This document shows positions 16,738-25,512 of a stretch of DNA of 64,000 nucleotides, piece after piece; the stretch's first letter is position 1, and each line of letters starts with the position of its first letter. A program made the position numbers and the translations under genes. This DNA comes from Candidatus Caldarchaeum sp. GTDB lineage: Archaea > Thermoproteota > Nitrososphaeria_A > Caldarchaeales > Caldarchaeaceae. The notes below the pieces were generated by a model. It saw only the letters and a list, made by a program, of their open reading frames with translations, was not told the origin of the DNA and did no database searches. The DNA is taken from assembly GCA_038885755.1 (NCBI GenBank), contig JAVZZH010000001.1, positions 387,155 through 451,154 on the forward strand, in the 5' to 3' direction.

Positions 16738-18698
16738 AAACAATTGTTCTGCTCCTGTCAGCGATGGTGCTGGCGGCCGGGCTTACTGTGTTGCAGGCCC
16801 AAGGCCTTACTCTTCAGGTCGTCGACCTTTCGTGGGGAAGTCCGTCGAACCCTGAGAAAGCTGTCCCCGGAGACAGCAACGTTGAGTTGAGCGTCGTCGT
16901 GGCCAACATAGGCAACAAGCCGGTGTGCTCTCTGGAGGCCGAGATCCTGCCAAAGCTCAACAGAAGCCTGCCGATCACGAGCTGGGAGACGGGCAAGCCC
17001 TTGAAGGCCTTCCTCCAGACTCAGCTAAACCCCGGAGCGATGGGGACGCTGGTCTTCAGGGTAAACGTCCTCGAGGACGTCAGCCCGGGTAGGTACGAGG
17101 CAGACCTCAGGCTCTTCTTCAGGGAATGCAGTTCAACCTCCGACTTCCTGCCGACAGCCCAGACGGTCTCATCCATCGTCATCCAAGTATACCCGCCTCC
17201 ATCCCTGCGGATAGTCAGAACAGCGTGGTTCGTCGACGGCGTCGAGAGGTCGGTTGGGCCGGGCTCCGGGCCAGCGGTATTACGAGTATACTTGGAGGCT
17301 CCCTTAGAAACTTCGATAAGCAACGTCGAGATGAGGATTTCGCCTCCGAGAGGGTTCACGGGAAAGACCCTGTACGACGCCTACCTCGAGAGGGTACCGG
17401 CCGGCAGCGTCTTCACTCTCGAGTTCCCGCTGGTCGTGACTGAAGAAGCACAGGTCGGCGCACACTCTTTCATGGCTGAAATAACATACAGGAATAAGTA
17501 CGGTACGATGTTGAGGAGTGTTCGAGCCTTTGACGTGGACGTTCTGGGGAGGGAGGAGATAGTTGTCGAATCTGCCGCTCAGTCTGTCGCGAAAGGCTCA
17601 TACGGCACTCTCAAACTCTTGTTAAAAAATACAGGCTCAGCCCCCGCGTACAACGTCGAGCTTGTTCTGCGTCCCGAGGATCCTAGAATAGATGTTCTCG
17701 ATGCGAAGCTGTCCGTGGGTATTCTCCAGCCGGGAGAACGGAGGGAGGTTGGCTTCAACGTGTTCACCGACCGTTCAGCCGAAGCATCGGTCTACATCGC
17801 CACAGCCGCCCTAGAGTACAGGGACGGGTACGCCAAAATCAGGTCTAAGGAGTTCAGAATAGCTTTCAACGTCGTTGAGGAGTTCAGGCGAGGGTTCAAG
17901 GCGACGGCAAGCCAGAAATACATCAATGCAGGCTCCTCATCATCCGTCGAGCTTACAGTTCTAAACGAAAACCCCTACACGGTCCGTGAAGTACGGATAT
18001 CTGTGTTGCCCGACGCTCCTTCGATCACAGTGGTTGAGGGCGAAACTAGGGCGGTCTTGGATTCGATGAGGGCCGGCGAGTCTTACGTGATGCCGTTGAA
18101 GATTCTCGCAACATCCCAGGCAGGAGATTCTGTGGCTACGATTACCGCCTCTGTGGAGTACCGGGACCAAGCCGGGGTCAGGGTCGTTGAGAACTTGGCG
18201 GTGTCGTTAGCGGTGAGAGCGGACATAGACATCAAGTTCAAAGGGGTTCAGCTTTCTCCCTCAAGGGTTAGGCCGGGAGAGACTGTCGACGTGGCTGGCG
18301 ATGTTGTAAACGAAGGGTCGAACATAGCCAGAGCCGTGGCGGTCGAGCTTAACGGCGGGCCTCCTTACGAAGCCTTGGGAGAGTCAAGGTCTGTCGTCGG
18401 TCTAGTCAACCCTTCACAGGTCTCCGCATTCACGCTAAACTTTAGAGTCCAGAACAACGCACAGCCGGGCAAGTACAGCGTCGTCGTAAAAGCCTCGTAC
18501 AGAAACGGGTTCGGTGAACTGTTTAGCAAAGAGACTGTATTGGAGTATGAGGTGGTTCAAGGCAGCCAGCAGCCTGCAACAACGGTCTCCCCCGCTGCTC
18601 AGCAGAGGTTCGACCCGCTTCTAGTCGCTGTGGTTGCTGCTGTTGTCCTAGCCCTGACCGGGATTGTTCTTCTTAGGAGAAGAAGGAAGCGGGAATGA
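16734..18698 (+). CDS. Exported repeat protein with signal peptide and C-terminal TM anchor (CARDB / S-layer-domain-like)
   Basis: It has an N-terminal signal (LLLSAMVLAAGLTVLQA), repeated beta-rich modules (GxY...V.V.N.G) and a C-terminal LLVAVVAAVVLALTGIVLLRRRRKRE anchor. It sits between the ABC ATPase and permease genes with 4-nt overlaps. Confidence 0.8.
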   Translation: MKTIVLLLSAMVLAAGLTVLQAQGLTLQVVDLSWGSPSNPEKAVPGDSNVELSVVVANIGNKPVCSLEAEILPKLNRSLPITSWETGKPLKAFLQTQLNPGAMGTLVFRVNVLEDVSPGRYEADLRLFFRECSSTSDFLPTAQTVSSIVIQVYPPPSLRIVRTAWFVDGVERSVGPGSGPAVLRVYLEAPLETSISNVEMRISPPRGFTGKTLYDAYLERVPAGSVFTLEFPLVVTEEAQVGAHSFMAEITYRNKYGTMLRSVRAFDVDVLGREEIVVESAAQSVAKGSYGTLKLLLKNTGSAPAYNVELVLRPEDPRIDVLDAKLSVGILQPGERREVGFNVFTDRSAEASVYIATAALEYRDGYAKIRSKEFRIAFNVVEEFRRGFKATASQKYINAGSSSSVELTVLNENPYTVREVRISVLPDAPSITVVEGETRAVLDSMRAGESYVMPLKILATSQAGDSVATITASVEYRDQAGVRVVENLAVSLAVRADIDIKFKGVQLSPSRVRPGETVDVAGDVVNEGSNIARAVAVELNGGPPYEALGESRSVVGLVNPSQVSAFTLNFRVQNNAQPGKYSVVVKASYRNGFGELFSKETVLEYEVVQGSQQPATTVSPAAQQRFDPLLVAVVAAVVLALTGIVLLRRRRKRE

Positions 18699-19924
18699 AG
18701 ACACATGACTACGTTAGGTTTGCTTGGTCAGCTCTCAAAGACAGGCGGCTGCGAACAACGCTGACAATCCTCGGAATAGTCGTGGGACCTGCCTTGATAA
18801 CGGCTCTTAACGCAACCACCGCAGGCCTGACGCAGAACATTATATCAAACCTCCAGGTCTTCGGCGCCGACATCATACTCATCCAACGCGTAGGCGACTT
18901 CAACCTCGACGACGCCGTGATAAAGAACATACGCCAGATACCTGGAGTGAAAGAGGTTTATCCCTACTACTTGATAGCTTCAGGAGAAATCAAGACTAGG
19001 GGCAAGACCTTCCCCATGGACCCTGTCCGCTCCTACACCATTCTGGCGGTCAACCTCAAGGACCTGCCGAACCTGTTCCCCAACATCAGGCTGGAGGCCG
19101 GGGAGATCATAGACAACCCCTCCTACGCACTAGCAGGGTACAGCGCTTGGAACCCCAAAGACCCAGACATACCGGCGATAGACCTAGGCTCTCTGTTCAC
19201 GGCCTCTACTGGGGCCGCTACAAGGTCTTTCTCGGTCTCCGGAAGGTTTGACAGGTATGGTCAGGCTCTCTTCCTCAACCCCGACACTCAGATATTCGTC
19301 AACCTGGATGCGGGCAGGCTTCTAACCAACCGTAGAAGCTACAGCGGAGCCTTCGTGAGAATAACAGACCCCGGCGTGAGCGACAGCGTGGTTTTAGAGC
19401 TTGAGAACAGGTACGGCGAGAACATCAGGGTCTTCTCCATCACGGCTATATCCGAAACGGTCCAGCAGATTATCGGCACGCTAAACGTTTTCTTCTCATC
19501 CGTCGCTTCGATGAGCCTTCTCGTCGCTTTCCTAGGCATCATGACCACCATGTTCACCTCGGTGAACGAAAGGGTTAGGGAGATCGGGCTGGTGAAGGCG
19601 CTCGGGTTCAAGACGAGAGACGTAATGCTGAATTTCTTGACGGAGGCCTTCATCATAGGGCTCATAGGCGGGGTGGTTGGAACCGCTGCAGGAGTCGCGA
19701 CATCGTTCGTGCTGGCCGATATCTTCTCAGGCCCGCCAGCAGAAAGCAGGCCTGGAACCTTCACCACGGGCGGTCCACAGGAGGTTAGAATAACACCGGT
19801 CATAACTGTTGAGCTGGTGGCCACGGGCGTGCTCGTGGCTGTCTTCGTATCCATTCTCGCCGGTCTCATCCCAGCCTACAGAGCTTCCAAACTAGAGCCG
19901 ATCGAGGCCCTGAGGCGTGAGTAA
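18695..19924 (+). CDS. ABC transporter permease, FtsX/MacB-like
   Basis: It has an N-terminal TM helix, a large extracytoplasmic domain, then the FtsX-type helices (REIGLVKALGFKTRDVMLNFLTEAFIIGLIGGVVG ... PAYRASKLEPIEALRRE). Confidence 0.88.
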   Translation: MKTHDYVRFAWSALKDRRLRTTLTILGIVVGPALITALNATTAGLTQNIISNLQVFGADIILIQRVGDFNLDDAVIKNIRQIPGVKEVYPYYLIASGEIKTRGKTFPMDPVRSYTILAVNLKDLPNLFPNIRLEAGEIIDNPSYALAGYSAWNPKDPDIPAIDLGSLFTASTGAATRSFSVSGRFDRYGQALFLNPDTQIFVNLDAGRLLTNRRSYSGAFVRITDPGVSDSVVLELENRYGENIRVFSITAISETVQQIIGTLNVFFSSVASMSLLVAFLGIMTTMFTSVNERVREIGLVKALGFKTRDVMLNFLTEAFIIGLIGGVVGTAAGVATSFVLADIFSGPPAESRPGTFTTGGPQEVRITPVITVELVATGVLVAVFVSILAGLIPAYRASKLEPIEALRRE

Positions 19925-19964
19925 ACGGTTGTGTTTTTATTGACGTGAGAAGCATTATGTCCGC

Positions 19965-21248
19965 ATGCTGAACATCAAACATATAAGAGCCGACCCAGAC
20001 TACTTCCGGCGCGGGCTCGCTAGAAGGGGGTTAGCGGCTGACGTCGTAGACAGGATTCTGGAGCTGGACGCCAGCAGGAGGTCCCTGCTGAAGAGGGTTG
20101 AAGAGCTAAGGCATCTTAGGAACTTGGCTGCCGAAGCCGTTGCGGCTGCGAAGAAGAGAGGGGAAAAGGCTGATGAGCACTTATCTAGGATGAGGCAGGT
20201 TAACGAGCAGATCGATGCGTGCGAAAAAGAGCTGGAGAACGTAGAGTCGAAGCTCCACAGCCTGCTGTACAACACTCCGAACGTTCCCCATGAATCGGTT
20301 CCGGACGGCGATTCGGAGGAGTTCAACCAGACTGTGAGGGCTTGGGGTGAGGTCAGGAGGGAGGAGTGGATCAGGGACCATGTGGAGGTGTTGAAGGGCT
20401 TGGGGATGGCCGACCTCGAGGCCGCAGCCTCTGTGGCTGGAGCTCGTTTCTACTACTTGTTCGACGACCTCGTCCTCCTCAACATGGCTCTAGCGAGGTA
20501 TGCGCTCGAGTTTCTACGTGCTAAAGGGTTCAGACTAGTCCAGCCGCCTTACATGCTGACCCGGCGTGTGATGGAGGGAGTTGTCTCTTTCCAAGAGTTT
20601 CAAGACATGCTCTACAAGGTGGAGGGTGAGGAGCTTTATCTCATAGGAACGGCGGAGCACGCAATAGCGGGCCTGCACGCGGGCGATGTTCTGGACGGCA
20701 GAACCCTACCCCTTAGATACGCAGGTGTAAGCCCGTGTTTCAGGAGAGAGGCCGGAGCTCACGGCAAAGACACCAAGGGTATTTTCCGTGTCCACCAGTT
20801 CGAGAAGGTTGAACAGTTCAGCTTCACGAAACCAAGCCAGTCATGGAGCGAGCACGAGTATCTCATATCCAACGCCGAGGAAATATACCGTTCTCTGGGA
20901 CTACCCTACAGGGTTGTGAACATCTGCATGGGGGAGCTGGGGTCGATCGCCGCGAAAAAATACGACCTCGAGGTCTGGATGCCTGCTCAGGGAAGATACA
21001 GGGAGCTTGTGTCCTGCAGCAACTGCACCGACTACCAAGCGGTCAGGCTTAACATCAGGTATCGTGAGGAACCGCACGTCGAGGAGACAGAGTTCGTCCA
21101 CACCTTGAACAGCACGGCCGTGGCTACCGAGAGGACGATAGTGGCTATACTCGAAAACTACCAGCGGAGGGACGGCAGCGTCGACGTTCCGGAGGTTCTT
21201 CAGCCCTACATGAACGGGGTATCGGTGATCAGGAGTACTGCTCGATAG
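19965..21248 (+). CDS. serS: Seryl-tRNA synthetase
   Basis: It has an N-terminal coiled-coil arm and class II motifs (FRREAGAHGKDTKGIFRVHQFEKVEQF; TLNSTAVATERTIVAILEN). Confidence 0.95.
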   Translation: MLNIKHIRADPDYFRRGLARRGLAADVVDRILELDASRRSLLKRVEELRHLRNLAAEAVAAAKKRGEKADEHLSRMRQVNEQIDACEKELENVESKLHSLLYNTPNVPHESVPDGDSEEFNQTVRAWGEVRREEWIRDHVEVLKGLGMADLEAAASVAGARFYYLFDDLVLLNMALARYALEFLRAKGFRLVQPPYMLTRRVMEGVVSFQEFQDMLYKVEGEELYLIGTAEHAIAGLHAGDVLDGRTLPLRYAGVSPCFRREAGAHGKDTKGIFRVHQFEKVEQFSFTKPSQSWSEHEYLISNAEEIYRSLGLPYRVVNICMGELGSIAAKKYDLEVWMPAQGRYRELVSCSNCTDYQAVRLNIRYREEPHVEETEFVHTLNSTAVATERTIVAILENYQRRDGSVDVPEVLQPYMNGVSVIRSTAR

Positions 21249-22566
21249 AGCTGGACACGTAAGCGGCGAGCTTTTGCGGCATCTCGAGCGCTGAAGGTTC
21301 GGCGCTTCTCAGCAGATAGCTGGAGGAGGCGGTTGAGAGCAGAGGATCGGCCCCCGACCCGATGAACCATGCCACCAATGCTTGTGCGTATGCGTGGTAA
21401 GCCTGCGTCAAAGGTCTTCCCATCCAGTTGAGGTAGGTTTTCGACCCGTTTGTCATCGAGTCAACCTCGCCCACAACGTATATCGGTGCAGCAAGCTTTC
21501 GGCACAGCTCCTCAACATCTTTCAGAAGCGTCTGATAGCTTTGTCTCAGCTCGCCTGCTAGGGGTTTTTCACTGAACAAAACGTAAACAGGGTTTACGCC
21601 GGCGGTGGCTAGGTTGGAGACGACCACTGGCTGGCTTCGGGGGAGGAAGGGCTTTACGCTTGAAGGGTTCACGTCCCCCGCTAGGAGGACGGACCTAGAG
21701 GCTGCCACGGCGTAGCGGAGCTCAGGGTTTTCGACTAGCATGTCGAGGTTGCAGAAAGCTGTGAAGCCTTTCAACGAGGTGAGGAACTCCCGCACCCTCT
21801 CGTCAGGCCCCTTCTCTCCAAAAATGTATGCAATCCTCCCCGTGTAGAGCTTCTCCTTGCCGGCTCTCTTGACCAGCAGCTTCAACTGCCCAGGCCCTGC
21901 AACAAGTCCCGCCTCAGCGGGTATGCCGATCTTCTCCACGACCGTCTTCTCCTGCAATCTCCGATGGACGGGCTTAGGCATGTGGAGAGCCACGACTAGG
22001 TCGGGCTGGAAAAACCCCTCGCCCTCCCCCGTGTCTGGGTCCAGGCCCGTGGGTATGTCGACCGAGAGTTTGAAGGCTTTGGAGCTGTTGGCCAGGTCTA
22101 CGGCTGTTTTGAATACACCCGAAAGCCCTCCTCTGGCCCCCGTCCCGAGGATTGCGTCGACGATGACGTCGGCTTGGCTGAACGACTCCACGTGCTGCAG
22201 AAGCTCTTCAGCAGAGTCTACGCCGGCAAGCGTTATCGAGAGCTTCATGTTCCTAACAGTCTCGAAGTTTCGCTTGGACTCTTCTGTCTTTATCTTCGAG
22301 GGGTCTGCGAGCATCAGAACCTTCGTCTCAACCCCCATGCCGGCGAGATGTCTTGCAGCGGCCAGCCCGTCTCCGCCGTTGTTCCCCGGCCCGCACAGCA
22401 CGAGCACCTTCCTCCCCCCGGTATCCTTCAAGACGTTTAAAACCGCCTCCGCCACAGCCCTGCCGGCGTTCTCCATAAGAACAACCCGCTTCAAACCCAT
22501 CCATTCACAGTTCTCATCAACAACCGTCATCTCATCAGAACTGATAGTTCCAGGCGCGGAAACCAA
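21229..22566 (-). CDS. nnr: NAD(P)H-hydrate epimerase (YjeF_N) fused to a divergent YjeF_C-like domain
   Basis: The N-domain reads MENAGRAVAEAV...VLVLCGPGNNGGDGLAAARHL. The C-terminal half is kinase-fold-like, but I could not find the usual GxGD motif. Confidence 0.8.
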   Translation of the reverse strand: MVSAPGTISSDEMTVVDENCEWMGLKRVVLMENAGRAVAEAVLNVLKDTGGRKVLVLCGPGNNGGDGLAAARHLAGMGVETKVLMLADPSKIKTEESKRNFETVRNMKLSITLAGVDSAEELLQHVESFSQADVIVDAILGTGARGGLSGVFKTAVDLANSSKAFKLSVDIPTGLDPDTGEGEGFFQPDLVVALHMPKPVHRRLQEKTVVEKIGIPAEAGLVAGPGQLKLLVKRAGKEKLYTGRIAYIFGEKGPDERVREFLTSLKGFTAFCNLDMLVENPELRYAVAASRSVLLAGDVNPSSVKPFLPRSQPVVVSNLATAGVNPVYVLFSEKPLAGELRQSYQTLLKDVEELCRKLAAPIYVVGEVDSMTNGSKTYLNWMGRPLTQAYHAYAQALVAWFIGSGADPLLSTASSSYLLRSAEPSALEMPQKLAAYVSSSIEQYS

Positions 22567-22931
22567 GCCAACAACCCTCTCAAGATATTTTTATATAAAC
22601 ATTACAACAGCAGAACACCAACACACTACGCCGATATGTCTAGTCCTTAACAATACCATTACCTCATCACGCCAAGGCCAACGGACTTCTCGACGACGCA
22701 CCGCCCCCAGCGGCATTAACCCGCCGCCTCGTCCAGCGCAGGTCCGTCGGCCTGCAAGGGTTCCACCCGCCCATAACGTTCAAATCAGCGGCCCTCCGGC
22801 ATCCCGGTTCCTTCACCCCTACAAGAAGCAGCCCGGTATTTGCCCTCACAACAACGTCGCAGCTCCACCCCACTGTTAAAACAGACGAACGGCCGTCTCA
22901 GACCAGAAAGTCTTCGCCGATCATCGCCGCT

Positions 22932-23006
22932 TGGGCCCGGTGGGATTCGAACCCACGGCCACCAGGTTATGAGCCTGGCGCTCTGACCTGGCTGAGCTAC
23001 GGGCCC
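22932..23006 (-). tRNA. tRNA with anticodon CAU (elongator Met or Ile2)
   Basis: The reverse complement is GGGCCCGTAGCTCAGCCAGGTCAGAGCGCCAGGCTCATAACCTGGTGGCCGTGGGTTCGAATCCCACCGGGCCCA. It forms a perfect cloverleaf (acceptor GGGCCCG/CGGGCCC, anticodon loop CTCATAA, T-loop TTCGAAT). No CCA is encoded. Confidence 0.9.
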
Positions 23007-23108
23007 TGCCGTTCATTGTTTGTGAAGGATGTTTTTATGGGTTTGCGTTTTAGGTTGTTTGCTGGTTTATCGTTAAATTGTGGACATGTTTTAAACATAC
23101 GAGTCAAG

Positions 23109-23534
23109 TTGGTTAGGCAAGTTGATTATGCACCTAAACCCATCGACCCAGATTTCCTCAAGAAACCCGATGAATACCCTGTGACCGGCACCCACAACGG
23201 ACATGAGGTAAGGGCTGAGGGGATTACTAGGCTTGACGCGAACGGAAACCCCTACCCCACCAAGCTTGGGATTCATGGAAAGATAGTGGCGGTGGACTGG
23301 GAGGCATGCATCGCCGACGGTATATGCATGGATGTCTGCCCCGTCAACGTATTCGAGTGGGCTTTAAACCCGGGAAGGTCTGGCACTGGCAACGACCTTT
23401 ACCCCCTAGATGGCGAGCTCTACGAAAAATACAGAACAGACAAGTCCGAGCCCATCAGAGAGGCTGACTGCATCTTCTGCATGGCCTGCGAGGCTTCATG
23501 CCCGACAAAAGCGATAAAGATAAACCCGCCGTAA
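23109..23534 (+). CDS. Zinc-containing 2x[4Fe-4S]-type ferredoxin (Sulfolobus Zfx-like)
   Basis: The sequence IDPDF...GTHNGHEV...LGIHGKIVAVDWEACIADGICMDVCPVNVFEW...CIFCMACEASCPTKAIKINPP parallels my recollection of Sulfolobus zinc ferredoxin. The TTG at 23109 is preferred because a TTTTAAACATA box lies about 25 nt upstream. ORF start 23016 is only 9 nt from the tRNA. Confidence 0.8.
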   Translation: MVRQVDYAPKPIDPDFLKKPDEYPVTGTHNGHEVRAEGITRLDANGNPYPTKLGIHGKIVAVDWEACIADGICMDVCPVNVFEWALNPGRSGTGNDLYPLDGELYEKYRTDKSEPIREADCIFCMACEASCPTKAIKINPP

Positions 23535-23564
23535 AACTTTAACACACCCACACCGCTCTATTTT

Positions 23565-24245
23565 ATGAGGTTTTCTATCGCGGGCGAGGTTTCAGCCTTT
23601 TTCAAAGGTCTCGGGGTTAGGCTTGCCCTCGTCCAAGAAGTGTCGGTTGCAGTTGGAGTAGAAGGTCTGGAAGACTACATTTCCGAAGCCGTTTCAAACG
23701 TTAGAAAAACCCTCAAGCTCGATGAATTGACGCGACACCCCCTCGTCAGAGCTTATAGAGACTTTTTCTGGAGAATTGGGGTTGACCCCACCAAGACAAG
23801 GCCCTCTGCTGAAGCGTTGCTGAGGCGTGTTTTGCAGGGGAAGAAATTCCCGAGAGTAAACACGCTCGTAGATGTCTACAACATTGTTTCGATGAAATAC
23901 GTCGTTCCAATAGCCGCCTTCGACGCCGACAGGCTTGCCGGCGATTTGGTCATGCGTTTCGCCCGTAGTGGGGAGAGGTTCCAAGGCATAGGGATGGAGA
24001 AGCCTTTAACATTGTCGGGCGGGGAGGTTGTCGTTGAGGATGGTCAGAAGCTGATAGCGGTTTATCCCTACAGGGATGCTGACAGCTCCAAGGTGACTGA
24101 GCGGAGCAGGAATGTGTTGTTGATGGTCTGCGGCGTCCCGGGCGTTGACATGGAATACCTAAAAAACTGTTCAGACGAGCTGGTTGAAGCGGTTTTAAGC
24201 AAGTGCGGAGGTAGGCTGGCTTGGGAGAGCTCTGCCACAACATAA
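23565..24245 (+). CDS. B3/B4 tRNA-binding domain protein (PheRS-beta B3/4-like, COG3382)
   Basis: The sequence TRPSAEALLRRVLQGKKFPRVNTLVDVYNIVSMKYVVPIAAFDADRL...IAVYPYRDADSSKVTE matches the B3_4 domain pattern. Confidence 0.8.
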   Translation: MRFSIAGEVSAFFKGLGVRLALVQEVSVAVGVEGLEDYISEAVSNVRKTLKLDELTRHPLVRAYRDFFWRIGVDPTKTRPSAEALLRRVLQGKKFPRVNTLVDVYNIVSMKYVVPIAAFDADRLAGDLVMRFARSGERFQGIGMEKPLTLSGGEVVVEDGQKLIAVYPYRDADSSKVTERSRNVLLMVCGVPGVDMEYLKNCSDELVEAVLSKCGGRLAWESSATT

Positions 24246-24582
24246 AATCATGCACATGAGAAAACGGTGTTCCAGCCGAAAATGAAGCCGTCGTCAGATG
24301 GTTGAAAAGTTCTGGGAGTTGTTGGTGTGAAACGACGTTTATGAGAGGAGGTTTTCAGCGGTTGCCCGCGTAAGTCTCTGGCTGTTGTCAGCTATGCGTA
24401 AAGGACGGCTTAGTCGAAATAACGTGATCCACTGGCTGTAGCAACCTACTAGGAGGGGTTTATAAACGCGAAGTCTACAGAGGCCGTCTGAGAGGTTTTG
24501 ACGTCGGCTTTATGCGCCGACAATAGCCACCAGCCAAAAACTCCCCTCATTTCATCCTAAATCATTCTATTCAGATAGTATG

Positions 24583-24656
24583 TGGGGCCGCTGGGATTTG
24601 AACCCCGGACCTACCGCGTGCAAGGCGGTCGTTCTTACAGACTGAGCTACCGGCCC
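24583..24656 (-). tRNA. Aberrant tRNA-like gene, anticodon UGC (Ala-type); possible pseudogene or chimera
   Basis: The reverse complement is GGGCCGGTAGCTCAGTCTGTAAGAACGACCGCCTTGCACGCGGTAGGTCCGGGGTTCAAATCCCAGCGGCCCCA. The anticodon arm and T-loop are good. However, the acceptor 5' strand GGGCCGG faces 3' strand CGGCCCC (two mismatches), the T-stem has a G-A mismatch, the D-stem has a C-A mismatch, G19 is replaced by U, and there is no G3:U70 pair. Confidence 0.6.
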
Positions 24657-24681
24657 AGCAACACAAACAATCCCCACTTTC

Positions 24682-24692
24682 AATATATATTT
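24682..24692 (-). promoter_or_regulatory. TATA-box candidate for the tRNA(UGC)-like gene
   Basis: AAATATATATT on the minus strand is centred about 31 nt upstream of the tRNA 5' end. Confidence 0.45.
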
Positions 24693-25287
24693 ACTGACTG
24701 TTGTTGGTGAACTAGGCCACTAGGAAGACGGCGGTAGTAGAGGTTCTCAACAATCTCACCGGAGGGGAGAGCCACTAACTTTGCAGGCTCGGACTTGTCT
24801 GTCTCCAATCCCCACGCAGGCCTTCTCTATCTCCCCAGCTGTACCACCTCTTGTCTAGATAGGCTGTTGTCGACGTGTTATCCATTAACTTTACCGGCGT
24901 GTTCTAGATATCTTACCTTACTCTATGCCATGAAAGGGTCGGGATACCCATTGCCAGAAACCGTCTATTCTTTGCCGTGGTCGTAAACAATTGTAGATGG
25001 AGAAGTGTTCCGCCTAGGAGGCCGTGCAGTGAAGAACAGTCAGAAAAATGACGATACCACACGGGGCTTAGCAACCGAGACCGCCGTCGCATCTATCGCC
25101 GCAAGAATTATCCCCAAAAGCAGACCTAGGAGAGTGGCTGAGCACGCTCCATATTATAGACTGCTATCGCTCTTATGTGAACAGGTCTGAAGTCGCGTCG
25201 GCTACAGGTGACTCGTGAGTTCACACTTGTTATGGAGCTGCCGTTCCTAGACGACCCAATGGCTAGGCGAGGGACCCTATATTAAGG

Positions 25288-25512
25288 CTACTTTACTTTG
25301 CCCTTCTCCTTGGCCCTTTTCAGATCATCCTGAACGACCGAAGCCGCCTTAACCAATACTTCTCTACACTGAGAAGCCCCGTCTACTGTACATGTTTCAG
25401 AGCCTATGAGAACCTTCAGGTTGATGAGCGCGTTGCCTAAGATGGAGCGGATGACCTCATACTTTTGCTCTTCTGACCTCCTGCCCGGCCTTTGCATAAC
25501 ACGAGGCGGCAA
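25288..25512 (-). CDS. Small hypothetical protein (69-74 aa), weak call
   Basis: This is the only ORF of 60 aa or more with protein-like composition in the 24.66-25.76 kb tract. It has a Lys-rich C-terminus and no recognisable family. Confidence 0.25.
   Translation of the reverse strand: MPPRVMQRPGRRSEEQKYEVIRSILGNALINLKVLIGSETCTVDGASQCREVLVKAASVVQDDLKRAKEKGKVK

Noticed and set aside
21857-22879. 340-aa plus-strand ORF
   Set aside because: It lies antisense to the well-supported nnr gene and translates to low-complexity Ser/Pro/Thr/Arg-rich sequence. This is a typical shadow ORF in GC-rich DNA.
22640-22931. SRP (7S) RNA hypothesis for the GC-rich tract next to tRNA-Met
   Set aside because: I could not find the helix-8 GNAR tetraloop with the flanking AGCA/AGG loop, nor the long 5'/3' helix-5 complementarity. 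The region folds only into short local hairpins. It is kept as an unassigned ncRNA candidate.
23016-23108. N-terminal extension of the ferredoxin ORF
   Set aside because: It would begin 9 nt from the divergent tRNA gene, leaving no promoter room. The extension is hydrophobic and non-homologous, and a TATA-like box precedes the TTG at 23109.
24246-24582. C/D-box or H/ACA small RNAs in the ORF-free spacers (also 41541-41784)
   Set aside because: Only partial C-box-like strings (GUGAUCC, GGAUGAC) were found, without correctly spaced D/D' CUGA boxes. There is not enough evidence to call them by eye.
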